In this document: positions 9,882 to 17,705 of the stretch, in pieces
Numbering within the stretch: the first letter of the stretch is position 1
How the letters are laid out: the number at the start of each line of letters is the position of its first letter
Assembly: GCA_965601915.1 (NCBI GenBank)
Contig: OZ271847.1
Location: 2,257,178 to 2,321,177 of the forward strand
Origin: Balneola sp.
GTDB lineage: Bacteria; Bacteroidota; Rhodothermia; Balneolales; Balneolaceae
Length of the DNA stretch: 64,000 nt
Reading direction: 5' to 3'
Made by a program: the position numbers and the translations under genes
The notes under the pieces: generated by a model
Told to the model about the DNA's origin: nothing
The model's database searches: none
Seen by the model: the letters and a program-made list of their open reading frames with translations, nothing else

Positions 9882-10451
9882 ATGTGCTTACCATTAAAAT
9901 ATATATTAGATAAGATTTTAAAAATAACAGATAAGGATTGGGATATTTTTGAATCTATCCTCGAAACGAAAAAACTCAAAAAGAAAGAATACCTGTTAAA
10001 ACAAGGACAAATCTGTAGAGGAATTTACTTTTTAACGGAAGGAACAATTAGAACTTTTCACATAAATAATGATGGCAAGGAGATAAATACTGCATTCTAT
10101 TTTCAAAATGAATTTCTTCGTGAAATTGAAAGTATGACCAATAATATTCCTTCGCAAAAAAACATCCAAGCAATTGAAAACAGTACAGTTCTATACATTG
10201 ACAAAGCTAAATTGGTAATTCTTTATGAAAAATCTGAATTCTACCAAAAGTTGGGACGAATGATATTGGAAAAGTTAACCATAAGAGAACAAAAATATTC
10301 TTCATTTTTGACAACATATTCGCCTAAAGAAAGGTATTTATACATTCTCGAAAACCGCCCCGAATTTATAGAACGGATTCCCCTTCAATATTTAGCTTCA
10401 TACTTGGGAATAAGCCGAGAGTCTTTAAGTAGAATTCGGAAAAGGGTTTAA
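9882..10451 (+). CDS. Crp/Fnr-family transcriptional regulator
   Basis: 189 aa. The N-terminal part looks like a cNMP-binding beta-roll (GQICRGIYFLTEGTIRTF...DGKEI). The C-terminal part is a winged HTH (LQYLASYLGISRESLSRIRKR). Confidence 0.85.
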   Translation: MCLPLKYILDKILKITDKDWDIFESILETKKLKKKEYLLKQGQICRGIYFLTEGTIRTFHINNDGKEINTAFYFQNEFLREIESMTNNIPSQKNIQAIENSTVLYIDKAKLVILYEKSEFYQKLGRMILEKLTIREQKYSSFLTTYSPKERYLYILENRPEFIERIPLQYLASYLGISRESLSRIRKRV

Positions 10452-10461
10452 TAATTGATTT

Positions 10462-10477
10462 TGTGACTTTCGTCAAA
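10462..10477 (+). promoter_or_regulatory. Candidate CRP-type operator TGTGA-N6-TCAAA
   Basis: TGTGACTTTCGTCAAA lies between the Crp-like gene and the next ORF. It differs at one position from the classical TGTGA-N6-TCACA half-site arrangement. Confidence 0.3.
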
Positions 10478-10532
10478 GGAAGGGGATTGACTTCTCAATA
10501 ATTTTGAGCTTTAATAATTTAACACTCAAAAA

Positions 10533-10970
10533 ATGAGACAATTAATCCTAATGGCTTTTTTAAGCACTATCAGCCTTTCAAACTGTAAGGATCAAAATCA
10601 AAACAATATGAAAAATCAAATTGAAGAAGCAGTAACATCTATTGAAAAAGCTGCTGCAAACAGAGATACAAAACAACTTACGGAGCTCTTACATAAAGAC
10701 TATCGAGTAATAGCAAATCGATTTAAAGGGAGTGAAAATGCTGTAATCATTTCAAAAGAAATCTATATGCAAATGATGAAAAATAAAAAAATTGGTGGCT
10801 CAAGTTATGACATCAAGTTCAACGATATAAAAATTTCAGGACATACAGCAATTGTAGATGTTCTGTATTCATCGGAAACAACTTCAGATATGCATAAATT
10901 CCTTGTCTTAGTTCAAGATGAAAACGATGAATGGAAAGTTGTAAGTGATATTCCAATTGTAGTGGAATAA
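10533..10970 (+). CDS. NTF2-like (SnoaL/DUF4440-type) lipoprotein
   Basis: 145 aa with a signal peptide and lipobox (ISLSNC). The size and alternating pattern fit an NTF2-fold cone (LHKDYRVIANRF..., GHTAIVDVLYS..., EWKVVSD). Confidence 0.55.
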   Translation: MRQLILMAFLSTISLSNCKDQNQNNMKNQIEEAVTSIEKAAANRDTKQLTELLHKDYRVIANRFKGSENAVIISKEIYMQMMKNKKIGGSSYDIKFNDIKISGHTAIVDVLYSSETTSDMHKFLVLVQDENDEWKVVSDIPIVVE

Positions 10971-10988
10971 ATATATAGATGAAAATAG

Positions 10989-11018
10989 CGGTTTAGATTA
11001 TTATCTAAACCGTTTTTT
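10989..11018 (+). terminator. Rho-independent terminator
   Basis: A 10-bp perfect stem CGGTTTAGAT / ATCTAAACCG with a 4-nt loop is followed by TTTTTT. It starts 19 nt after the stop at 10970. Confidence 0.7.
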
Positions 11019-11101
11019 GCATTTAATTAAGTATTTTACGATTCGAAAAGTTAGTACTTAAACACACGCTACTTTTCAAATACAACCGTTGAGCAAAAAT
11101 T

Positions 11102-11932
11102 ATGAAACAAATAATATTAAGTCTAATTCTACTATTAACAGTTGAAATTTCGTACGGACAAGATTTACTCGAAGAAATTAGTGAAACGGGATTTACAATT
11201 GGAGAAACAATAAAAATTAAATCTCAACTACTGAACGAAACAAGAGATTTGAATATCTATCTACCATTGAATTATTCTCAAGACAGCTTGAAAAACTATC
11301 CCGTAATATATTTGCTTGATGGTTCTAGAGATGAGGATTTCATTCATATTTCTGGAATTGTACAATTCGGTTCTTTTTCGTGGGTTAATATGATTCCCGA
11401 ATCAATTGTTGTTGGAATAGCAAATGTAGATAGAAAAAGAGATTTTACTTATCCTTCTCAAAGTGAACTTGATCAAAAAGAGTTTCCTACGTCTGGAAAA
11501 TCTGAAAAATTCATTTCCTTTTTAGAAAAAGAACTTCAGCCCTTTATTGATTCCAAATACAGAACAACGGAAATGAAAACAATTATTGGTCAATCCCTTG
11601 GTGGACTATTAGCAACGGAGATTCTATTCAAAGAACCTGAACTATTTGACAATTATATAATTGTCAGTCCAAGTTTATGGTGGGATGACGAAAAACTGTT
11701 AGACGAAAATCCTAAAACGTATAATTCTAAAAAATCGATTTATATAGCTGGTGGAAAAGAGGGAGAAGTAATGGAACGGACTACGAAGGAGTTGTATGCT
11801 AAATTAAATAAAAATTCAAAACCGAATACAAAATTGTTTTACAAATTTTTGGAAGACAAAACACACGGAGATGCTTTACATATTGCGGTTTATGATGCAT
11901 TTGAGAAACTTTTTGAACAAAAAAAAGAATAA
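11102..11932 (+). CDS. Secreted alpha/beta-hydrolase (putative esterase family)
   Basis: Signal peptide, the YPVIYLLDG motif and the nucleophile elbow GQSLGG, which together mark the esterase-D / enterochelin-esterase-like family. Confidence 0.8.
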   Translation: MKQIILSLILLLTVEISYGQDLLEEISETGFTIGETIKIKSQLLNETRDLNIYLPLNYSQDSLKNYPVIYLLDGSRDEDFIHISGIVQFGSFSWVNMIPESIVVGIANVDRKRDFTYPSQSELDQKEFPTSGKSEKFISFLEKELQPFIDSKYRTTEMKTIIGQSLGGLLATEILFKEPELFDNYIIVSPSLWWDDEKLLDENPKTYNSKKSIYIAGGKEGEVMERTTKELYAKLNKNSKPNTKLFYKFLEDKTHGDALHIAVYDAFEKLFEQKKE

Positions 11933-11939
11933 AAATTGG

Positions 11940-12064
11940 CTACAACAATGGCTATAAGTAATTGCTTGCAGAGGGTTAAACGAACTTGGTTTCCTACTTT
12001 TTCCCTATTTTAGTACTACACCAAAAAACAACCAAAGCAACTACTCATAGCCAGCCCGTTATAG
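11940..12064 (+). repeat. attC-like imperfect palindrome (about 125 nt) downstream of the esterase gene
   Basis: Same architecture as 9794-9865. CTACAAC (11940-11946), AAT, GGCTATAAGTAATTGCTTG (11950-11968), ~64-nt variable loop, CAAAGCAACTACTCATAGCC (12033-12052; 17/19 paired plus one bulge), AGCCC, GTTATAG (12058-12064). Confidence 0.5.
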
Positions 12065-12176
12065 AAGAATTCGCTTCGCTCTTCTTATTCCCAAATTAAA
12101 CATTCAAAGAGGTTTGTAACCTTTCCCGATTTTAAAAGTGACTTTACCATAGTTACTAATATTTAAAAAAAGAGTT

Positions 12177-13637
12177 TTGAAAGTATTTTGTTTTTTAATG
12201 TGTATTTCATTCAGCACAATTTGTTTTGGGCAACAGTTAACACCTGAGCAATATACCCAGATAGATGATTATATTGAACACCTTATAGAACGACAAGGTA
12301 TCCCGGGAGTGTCAATGGCTATTAAAAAGGGAGATCAAATCATCTATAGGAAGAACTTCGGATATGCAAACTTAGAACATCAGGTTCCTGTTACTGATGA
12401 ATCTGTCTTTAGGCTTTATTCTCTCACCAAACCTGTTATTTCTGTTGGTGTGTTTCAATTAATTGAGAGTGGTAAGGTATCATTAGAAGACTTTGCTTCA
12501 GACTATGTTAATGATCTCCCAAAAGAGTGGGAATCAGTACAAATCAAGCATTTGCTTTCTCATTCCTCGGGATTACCTGATATGTCCCCCATTGCAGCAT
12601 TTCAGGATTTATCTGAAGAACAAGCTAAAGAAAAAGTGTTTTCACAAGAGGTAAGATTTAGCCCGGGCAGTAGATATGATTACAATCAAACCGGATTTTG
12701 GTTACTTCAAAAGATCATTGAAAAAGTAACAGGTAAAAGTGTATCTGCTTTTATACTCGATAATCAATTTAAAAAAAGCCAAAACACTTTTTTCTCATCT
12801 GATTCCAGAGATATCATTCGCAACAGAGTTACCCCATACTTTCCATTTACTAAAGGTACTTTGATGATCGATCACTCTTACTTACAGGGTACATACGCAC
12901 ATTCCAAAAATGGACTAAATACAACTGTAGATGATTTCATTGAATGGGATAGCTCTTTAAAACAAGATCTATTCTTAGAAAAAGAAATAAAAGACTTAAT
13001 GTGGGAAGAATATCCGTATACAAATTCTAACAGAACGTTTACTTACGGATGGGATAAAATAATAGTAAACGGTCAAGATTCTTACGGCTTTTCAGGTTCT
13101 TTGTGTACGGCTTATAGAATTTACCCCGACGACGAATTGAGTATCATTTTTCTTTCTAATGGACTTTCAAAATGGTATAACATTGACAATATTATCAATC
13201 ATATAGCCGGATTGATAGATGAGAAGCTAATAATTGCTGAAAATCTTGGTTTTGAATCTGTTCTCAGATCTTCTTTAGAAAACAATTATAAAGCTTTTGT
13301 TGAGGAATATCGTGTAATAAAAGTACACCCGTTACTGGTAAACAATAATTTTGAAACACACCTGAATGATGTGGGATATTTTTTATTAAAAGCATTAAAC
13401 AAACCGTCCAAAGCTATTGAAATTTTTGAGTTCAATACTATCGAACACCCTGATTCCTGGAATACCTATGATAGTCTTGCTGAGGCCTATGAAATAGCTG
13501 GAAATAAGAGCGAAGCAATAACAAATTATGAGAAAGCGATAAAGCTTAATCCTGATCAGGCATATAAACAATCCACTAAATCTAAAATTCAAGAATTAGC
13601 TAAAAAAAATCCACCTTCAGGAAGTCAAAATGACTGA
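12177..13637 (+). CDS. Beta-lactamase-fold serine hydrolase with C-terminal TPR repeats
   Basis: Signal peptide, the SxxK motif (YSLTKPV), a class-C beta-lactamase/DD-peptidase-like body, and a TPR-like C-terminus (WNTYDSLAEAYEIAGNKSEAITNYEKAIKLNPD). Confidence 0.85.
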   Translation: MKVFCFLMCISFSTICFGQQLTPEQYTQIDDYIEHLIERQGIPGVSMAIKKGDQIIYRKNFGYANLEHQVPVTDESVFRLYSLTKPVISVGVFQLIESGKVSLEDFASDYVNDLPKEWESVQIKHLLSHSSGLPDMSPIAAFQDLSEEQAKEKVFSQEVRFSPGSRYDYNQTGFWLLQKIIEKVTGKSVSAFILDNQFKKSQNTFFSSDSRDIIRNRVTPYFPFTKGTLMIDHSYLQGTYAHSKNGLNTTVDDFIEWDSSLKQDLFLEKEIKDLMWEEYPYTNSNRTFTYGWDKIIVNGQDSYGFSGSLCTAYRIYPDDELSIIFLSNGLSKWYNIDNIINHIAGLIDEKLIIAENLGFESVLRSSLENNYKAFVEEYRVIKVHPLLVNNNFETHLNDVGYFLLKALNKPSKAIEIFEFNTIEHPDSWNTYDSLAEAYEIAGNKSEAITNYEKAIKLNPDQAYKQSTKSKIQELAKKNPPSGSQND

Positions 13638-13789
13638 ATGATCTCTCACCTTTTTTAGCCGGTTTGTTCTTAAGAAACTATGTTTCGTTGTTTTTGTAGC
13701 AAAATCTTTTAATGAGTTTCATTTTAAGTTTCAAAATATTTTTGCAAATAAAATTATCTAAACAGATATTCTTTCATCTAAAAAAAAGA

Positions 13790-14584
13790 ATGAAATTCAT
13801 CGCTAAAAAAATTTACAAAACCCTTTTAACCTACGGTTTTGATGCTAAAAAATTTCTTAGATCCATAAATCCAAATCATGATAAATGGTTTTATGACGAT
13901 CTTAATAAATTTAAAAAGCAAAAAGGTTCAGACACCACATTCAAAATGGGTAAAATGTATCCGATTTTGACTGATAAAAGCCAAGAAGGTGGTACAATGA
14001 AAGGGCACTATTTCCATCAGGATTTATATGTAGCCCGTTTAATCAATAATGCGAAACCTGAAAAACACTTGGACATCGGGTCAAGAACGGATGGTTTTGT
14101 TGCTCATGTTGCATCATTCCGTGAAATAGAAATAATTGATATTCGATCTATAACGAGTAAAGTAAAGAATATCTCATTTCGGCAGGCAGATCTTATGCAG
14201 CTTCCCACAGACCTTGTCGAATATTGCGATTCGATTTCTTCCTTACATGCTATCGAACATTTCGGACTCGGCAGATATGGAGATGAAATTGACTATTTCG
14301 GTTATTTAAAAGCCATAAATAATATCACTAAAATGCTAAAACAGAATGGGACTTTTTATTTTTCTGTTCCCATCGGTACTCAAAGGGTAGAATTTAATGC
14401 TCACAGAGTGTTTTCTGTAAAATATCTCCTAGACATCCTTTCAGAGCAATTCGCAATTACATCCTTTTCTTACATAGATGATAACGGAGACTTTTTTGAA
14501 GATTCTGAATTAACTGAGAAGAATGTAAATACAAATTTTGAGTGTGAATACGGCTGTGGAATATTTGTTTGTACAAAAAGATGA
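13790..14584 (+). CDS. SAM-dependent methyltransferase-like protein (DUF268-like)
   Basis: Motif I-like HLDIGSRTDGF, then D-loop IIDIR and RQADLMQLP. The IEHFGLGRYGD motif is, as I recall, characteristic of DUF268-type methyltransferases. I prefer the ATG at 13790 (MKFIAKK) over the listed 13712. Confidence 0.55.
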   Translation: MKFIAKKIYKTLLTYGFDAKKFLRSINPNHDKWFYDDLNKFKKQKGSDTTFKMGKMYPILTDKSQEGGTMKGHYFHQDLYVARLINNAKPEKHLDIGSRTDGFVAHVASFREIEIIDIRSITSKVKNISFRQADLMQLPTDLVEYCDSISSLHAIEHFGLGRYGDEIDYFGYLKAINNITKMLKQNGTFYFSVPIGTQRVEFNAHRVFSVKYLLDILSEQFAITSFSYIDDNGDFFEDSELTEKNVNTNFECEYGCGIFVCTKR

Positions 14585-14596
14585 TTCAGCTAAATC

Positions 14597-15070
14597 TTAC
14601 TTCTCCTTTGCCCCTGCCAACTCATGAATCTTCTTCCATTCACTATCACGAACCGGAGTGATAGAATGTCGGGCTAACCTGAATAACTCCATATCCTGAA
14701 GTTCTCCATCTTCTTTAAGTACTTCCCTACTTACCGGATTCTCAAATTTCTGAGTGAATTTAACATCCACTAACTGCCAGCGTGGGTCTTCTTTAGTGCT
14801 TTTCTCATCGAAGTACTTGGAGTCTTTATCAAATTGAGTAGGATCGGGATAAGGCTCGCTGGCTACTTCCATAGTTCCTACTATCTCAGGTGGAGAAATA
14901 CGAGAATGATAAAAAAGAACTCCGTCCCCTATTTTCATTTCGTCCCGCATATAATTTCGAGCTGCATAGTTTCTGATGCCGTCCCAGGGTTCAACCTGAT
15001 CTCTTTCCAAATCATCTATGCTGTAGGCATCAGGTTCCGATTTCATTAACCAATATCTTCTATTGCTCAT
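14597..15070 (-). CDS. EVE (PUA-like) domain protein
   Basis: 157 aa. YWLMKSEP...YSIDDL...WDGIRNYAARNYMRDEMKIGDGVLFYHS is the canonical EVE/thymocyte-nuclear-protein-1-like N-terminus. Confidence 0.8.
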   Translation of the reverse strand: MSNRRYWLMKSEPDAYSIDDLERDQVEPWDGIRNYAARNYMRDEMKIGDGVLFYHSRISPPEIVGTMEVASEPYPDPTQFDKDSKYFDEKSTKEDPRWQLVDVKFTQKFENPVSREVLKEDGELQDMELFRLARHSITPVRDSEWKKIHELAGAKEK

Positions 15071-15136
15071 TTTACTGAATTAAATATTCAAAATTAAAGA
15101 TGAAAAATCTGAGTCTCATTTTTCATCTTTAATCTT

Positions 15137-16144
15137 TCATTTTGAATTATATTTTTTTGTGTACCACAAAATTGTATCTCTCAACATTCCATCGAAATCG
15201 GAATTGGGTGTCCAATTGAGATCATTTTTAATCTTAGTTGCATCAATAGCATATCTGAAATCGTGTCCAAGACGATCAGTAACAAAAGTGATTAGGTTTT
15301 TATAGTCACCTTCCGGACCATTACCCAACTCCTCGTTAAGTATTTCACAGATCTTATGTACTAGATCTAAATTTTTCCATTCGTTGTTACCGCCAATATT
15401 ATAAACTTCTCCGGCAGTTCCTTTCAGAAAAACGGTTTCCAATGCAGAACAGTGATCCTTTACATTCAACCAATCTCTTACATTCTGTCCTTTTCCATAC
15501 ACAGGGATATCGTTGTGTTTTACGGCATTTCTGATAACAGTAGGAATCAATTTTTCATCATGTTGATGAGGTCCGTAATTGTTTGAACAGTTAGTTGTAA
15601 CTACATTCATCCCATAGGTTTGAAAATATGCTCTTACAATCATATCACTACTTGCTTTTGAAGCACTATATGGAGAATTGGGAGCATACGGAGTAGTTTC
15701 GGTAAACAAACCATCATCTTCTAATTCACCGTAAACTTCGTCTGTTGAAACATGAAGAAACCGATTATTTATCCATGATTCATCGTCGTCTTTCCAGAGT
15801 TGTCGGCATTCCTCAAGAATATTAAAAGTTCCTACAACATTAGACAGAATAAAAGGCTCTGGTCCTGAAATAGAGTTATCTACATGAGATTCAGCAGCAA
15901 GGTGAAAAACACCATCTGGATTAAAAGTCTTGAGAATATCTTTTACTTCATCTCTATTCACCAGATCTATTTTCTTGAAGTAATATCTCTCAGAATCTTT
16001 AAGAGGTTTCAAATAAGACGCATCCGAAGCATACGTTAACTTATCAATATTCATGATTGTCCAGTCCGGATGTTCTTCAAACAGACGTAAAATTAAATTA
16101 GATCCAATAAAACCGGCTCCACCGGTAACAATGATTTTTTTCAA
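15137..16144 (-). CDS. rfbB: dTDP-glucose 4,6-dehydratase
   Basis: TGGAGFIGSN Rossmann motif, the catalytic region STDEVYG and YSASKA (YxxxK), and 335 aa length. Confidence 0.95.
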   Translation of the reverse strand: MKKIIVTGGAGFIGSNLILRLFEEHPDWTIMNIDKLTYASDASYLKPLKDSERYYFKKIDLVNRDEVKDILKTFNPDGVFHLAAESHVDNSISGPEPFILSNVVGTFNILEECRQLWKDDDESWINNRFLHVSTDEVYGELEDDGLFTETTPYAPNSPYSASKASSDMIVRAYFQTYGMNVVTTNCSNNYGPHQHDEKLIPTVIRNAVKHNDIPVYGKGQNVRDWLNVKDHCSALETVFLKGTAGEVYNIGGNNEWKNLDLVHKICEILNEELGNGPEGDYKNLITFVTDRLGHDFRYAIDATKIKNDLNWTPNSDFDGMLRDTILWYTKKYNSK

Positions 16145-16686
16145 AATAAATCCTCTTCTTTAAGCGATGAAAATAATGGTTGTTTTTTGTCTTTTTCAGA
16201 AAGTATAGGGCGACTTACGTCCCAATTAATTCGAATTAAAGGATCGTCCCATCTGATCCCTCTTTCTCCTTCTCTGTTATAATAGTCTGAACATTTATAA
16301 GAAATAATAGCTGTTTCGCTTAATACTGAAAACCCGTGCGCAAACCCTTTTGGTACTAAGAGTGAACGGTGATTTTTCTCTGAAAGCTTAAATGCTACAT
16401 AATTACCAAAAGTTGGGGAATCCTTTCGTACATCAACAGCAACATCCAGGATTTCTCCATACAGACAAGTGATTAATTTATCCTGTGGACTTTCTATCTG
16501 ATAATGCAGACCTCTGATAGTACCCTGATAAGATTTAGAAACATTGTCTTGTACAAATTTTATATCAAAACCGGCTTCTTTTAACTGTGAATTGCGAAAT
16601 GATTCAAAAAAATAACCTCTGTCGTCCTCAAAAACTTTAGGCTCAACAAGAAAAACTCCTTTAATTCTGCTTTCTGTAATTTTCAT
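16141..16686 (-). CDS. rfbC: dTDP-4-dehydrorhamnose 3,5-epimerase
   Basis: FEDDRGYFFE, RGLHYQ and KGFAHGF motifs. The likely start is MKITES at 16686, where the ATG overlaps the rfbD TAA (TAATG). The listed 16725 start adds 13 unlikely residues. Confidence 0.93.
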   Translation of the reverse strand: MKITESRIKGVFLVEPKVFEDDRGYFFESFRNSQLKEAGFDIKFVQDNVSKSYQGTIRGLHYQIESPQDKLITCLYGEILDVAVDVRKDSPTFGNYVAFKLSEKNHRSLLVPKGFAHGFSVLSETAIISYKCSDYYNREGERGIRWDDPLIRINWDVSRPILSEKDKKQPLFSSLKEEDLF

Positions 16687-17543
16687 TATAGTTGTTGTAT
16701 CAATTTCTCTAATCCAAGTTTCCAATCAAGGATTTCAATCCCGCTAATGGTACTAATTTTTTGAGTACTTAACTTAGAAAAAGAAGGTCTTTTTGCCTTC
16801 GTTATAAACTCCTCTGAAGTTACAGCGTTCAATGCTATGTCGATATTTGAAATATTAAAAATTTCAGAAGCGAATTCATACCAGGTGATTATATCGGAAC
16901 TGCTAATATGATAAATCCCTTTTTTATTATTTTGAAGTAGCTTAAATGTTTTTTCAACTACATCACTACAAAATGTCGGGCTACCAAATTGGTCATCCAC
17001 TATGTTTAATGAGTCTCTTTGAGAACCAAGCCTTAACATGGTTTTAACAAAATTGTTCCCATGCTTTCCACATAGCCAGGCTATTCTAATCAATAAATAA
17101 TCACACTCCGATTCCTGAAGTTCCTTTTCTCCCTGCCATTTGGATAAGCCGTACTGGTTAACAGGTTTTGGAACTGCTTCTTCAGGATATCCTGAAGGAA
17201 ATTTAATTTTATCGTTTAACTCCCCACTAAATACATAGTCAGTGGAGTAATGTACCAGTTTTATATTGTTACTTTTACAAAGCCACGAAAGATTCTTTAC
17301 CGCTGTTGAGTTTACCTTAAACGATAATAATTTATTTTCTTCTGCATCATCTACATGAGTATATGCAGCACAATTTATGAGTACATCCGGTTTAATTGTA
17401 TCAAGAACTTCTTTTGCCTGATTAAAATCAGATATATCCAGCTCTTCGGAACCAAATGAGGTATGGTTAATATCGTTTTGCAAACAATACTCAACCCACT
17501 CTTTACCTAATTGTCCACCAGCCCCTGTGATTAACAACTTCAT
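16686..17543 (-). CDS. rfbD: dTDP-4-dehydrorhamnose reductase
   Basis: TGAGGQLG Rossmann motif, STDYVF and YGLSK (YxxxK), 285 aa, and translational coupling to rfbC. Confidence 0.9.
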   Translation of the reverse strand: MKLLITGAGGQLGKEWVEYCLQNDINHTSFGSEELDISDFNQAKEVLDTIKPDVLINCAAYTHVDDAEENKLLSFKVNSTAVKNLSWLCKSNNIKLVHYSTDYVFSGELNDKIKFPSGYPEEAVPKPVNQYGLSKWQGEKELQESECDYLLIRIAWLCGKHGNNFVKTMLRLGSQRDSLNIVDDQFGSPTFCSDVVEKTFKLLQNNKKGIYHISSSDIITWYEFASEIFNISNIDIALNAVTSEEFITKAKRPSFSKLSTQKISTISGIEILDWKLGLEKLIQQL

Positions 17544-17705
17544 AATAAATCCAGACTAACAGTTTATTCGTAAAATTTCAGGATTCTAAACTAAGATAAC
17601 TTTCGGGAAATAAGAAGTATTTACTTATTGAAACATTAATTAAGAATTATTCATTAAACAGCTCTAATTAAGCTATGACGAGCTTTATCGGTATATTACC
17701 AAGCC

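Noticed and set aside
10971-11094. A full attC-like site between the NTF2-like gene and the esterase gene.
   Set aside because: Only the 3' core (GTTGAGC) and a weak GAAAAGT/ACTTTTC stem are visible, with no convincing inverse core (xxxxAAC-AAT). The strong hairpin here is better explained as a Rho-independent terminator (10989-11018).
13638-13789. A possible attC-like element after the beta-lactamase-fold gene, based on the TTCTTAAGAA palindrome and GAAAC-TAT-GTTTC.
   Set aside because: The palindromes are short and lack the R''/L''/L'/R' architecture seen at 9797-9865 and 11940-12064.
16687-16725. N-terminal extensions in the ORF track: rfbC from 16725, trkH from 5105, DUF502 from 54624, the methyltransferase from 13712, giant gene 3 from 29499 and pilin 1 from 37115.
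   Set aside because: Internal ATG starts give canonical N-termini, signal peptides or translational coupling with the upstream stop. The extensions look like read-through of the longest-ORF rule.
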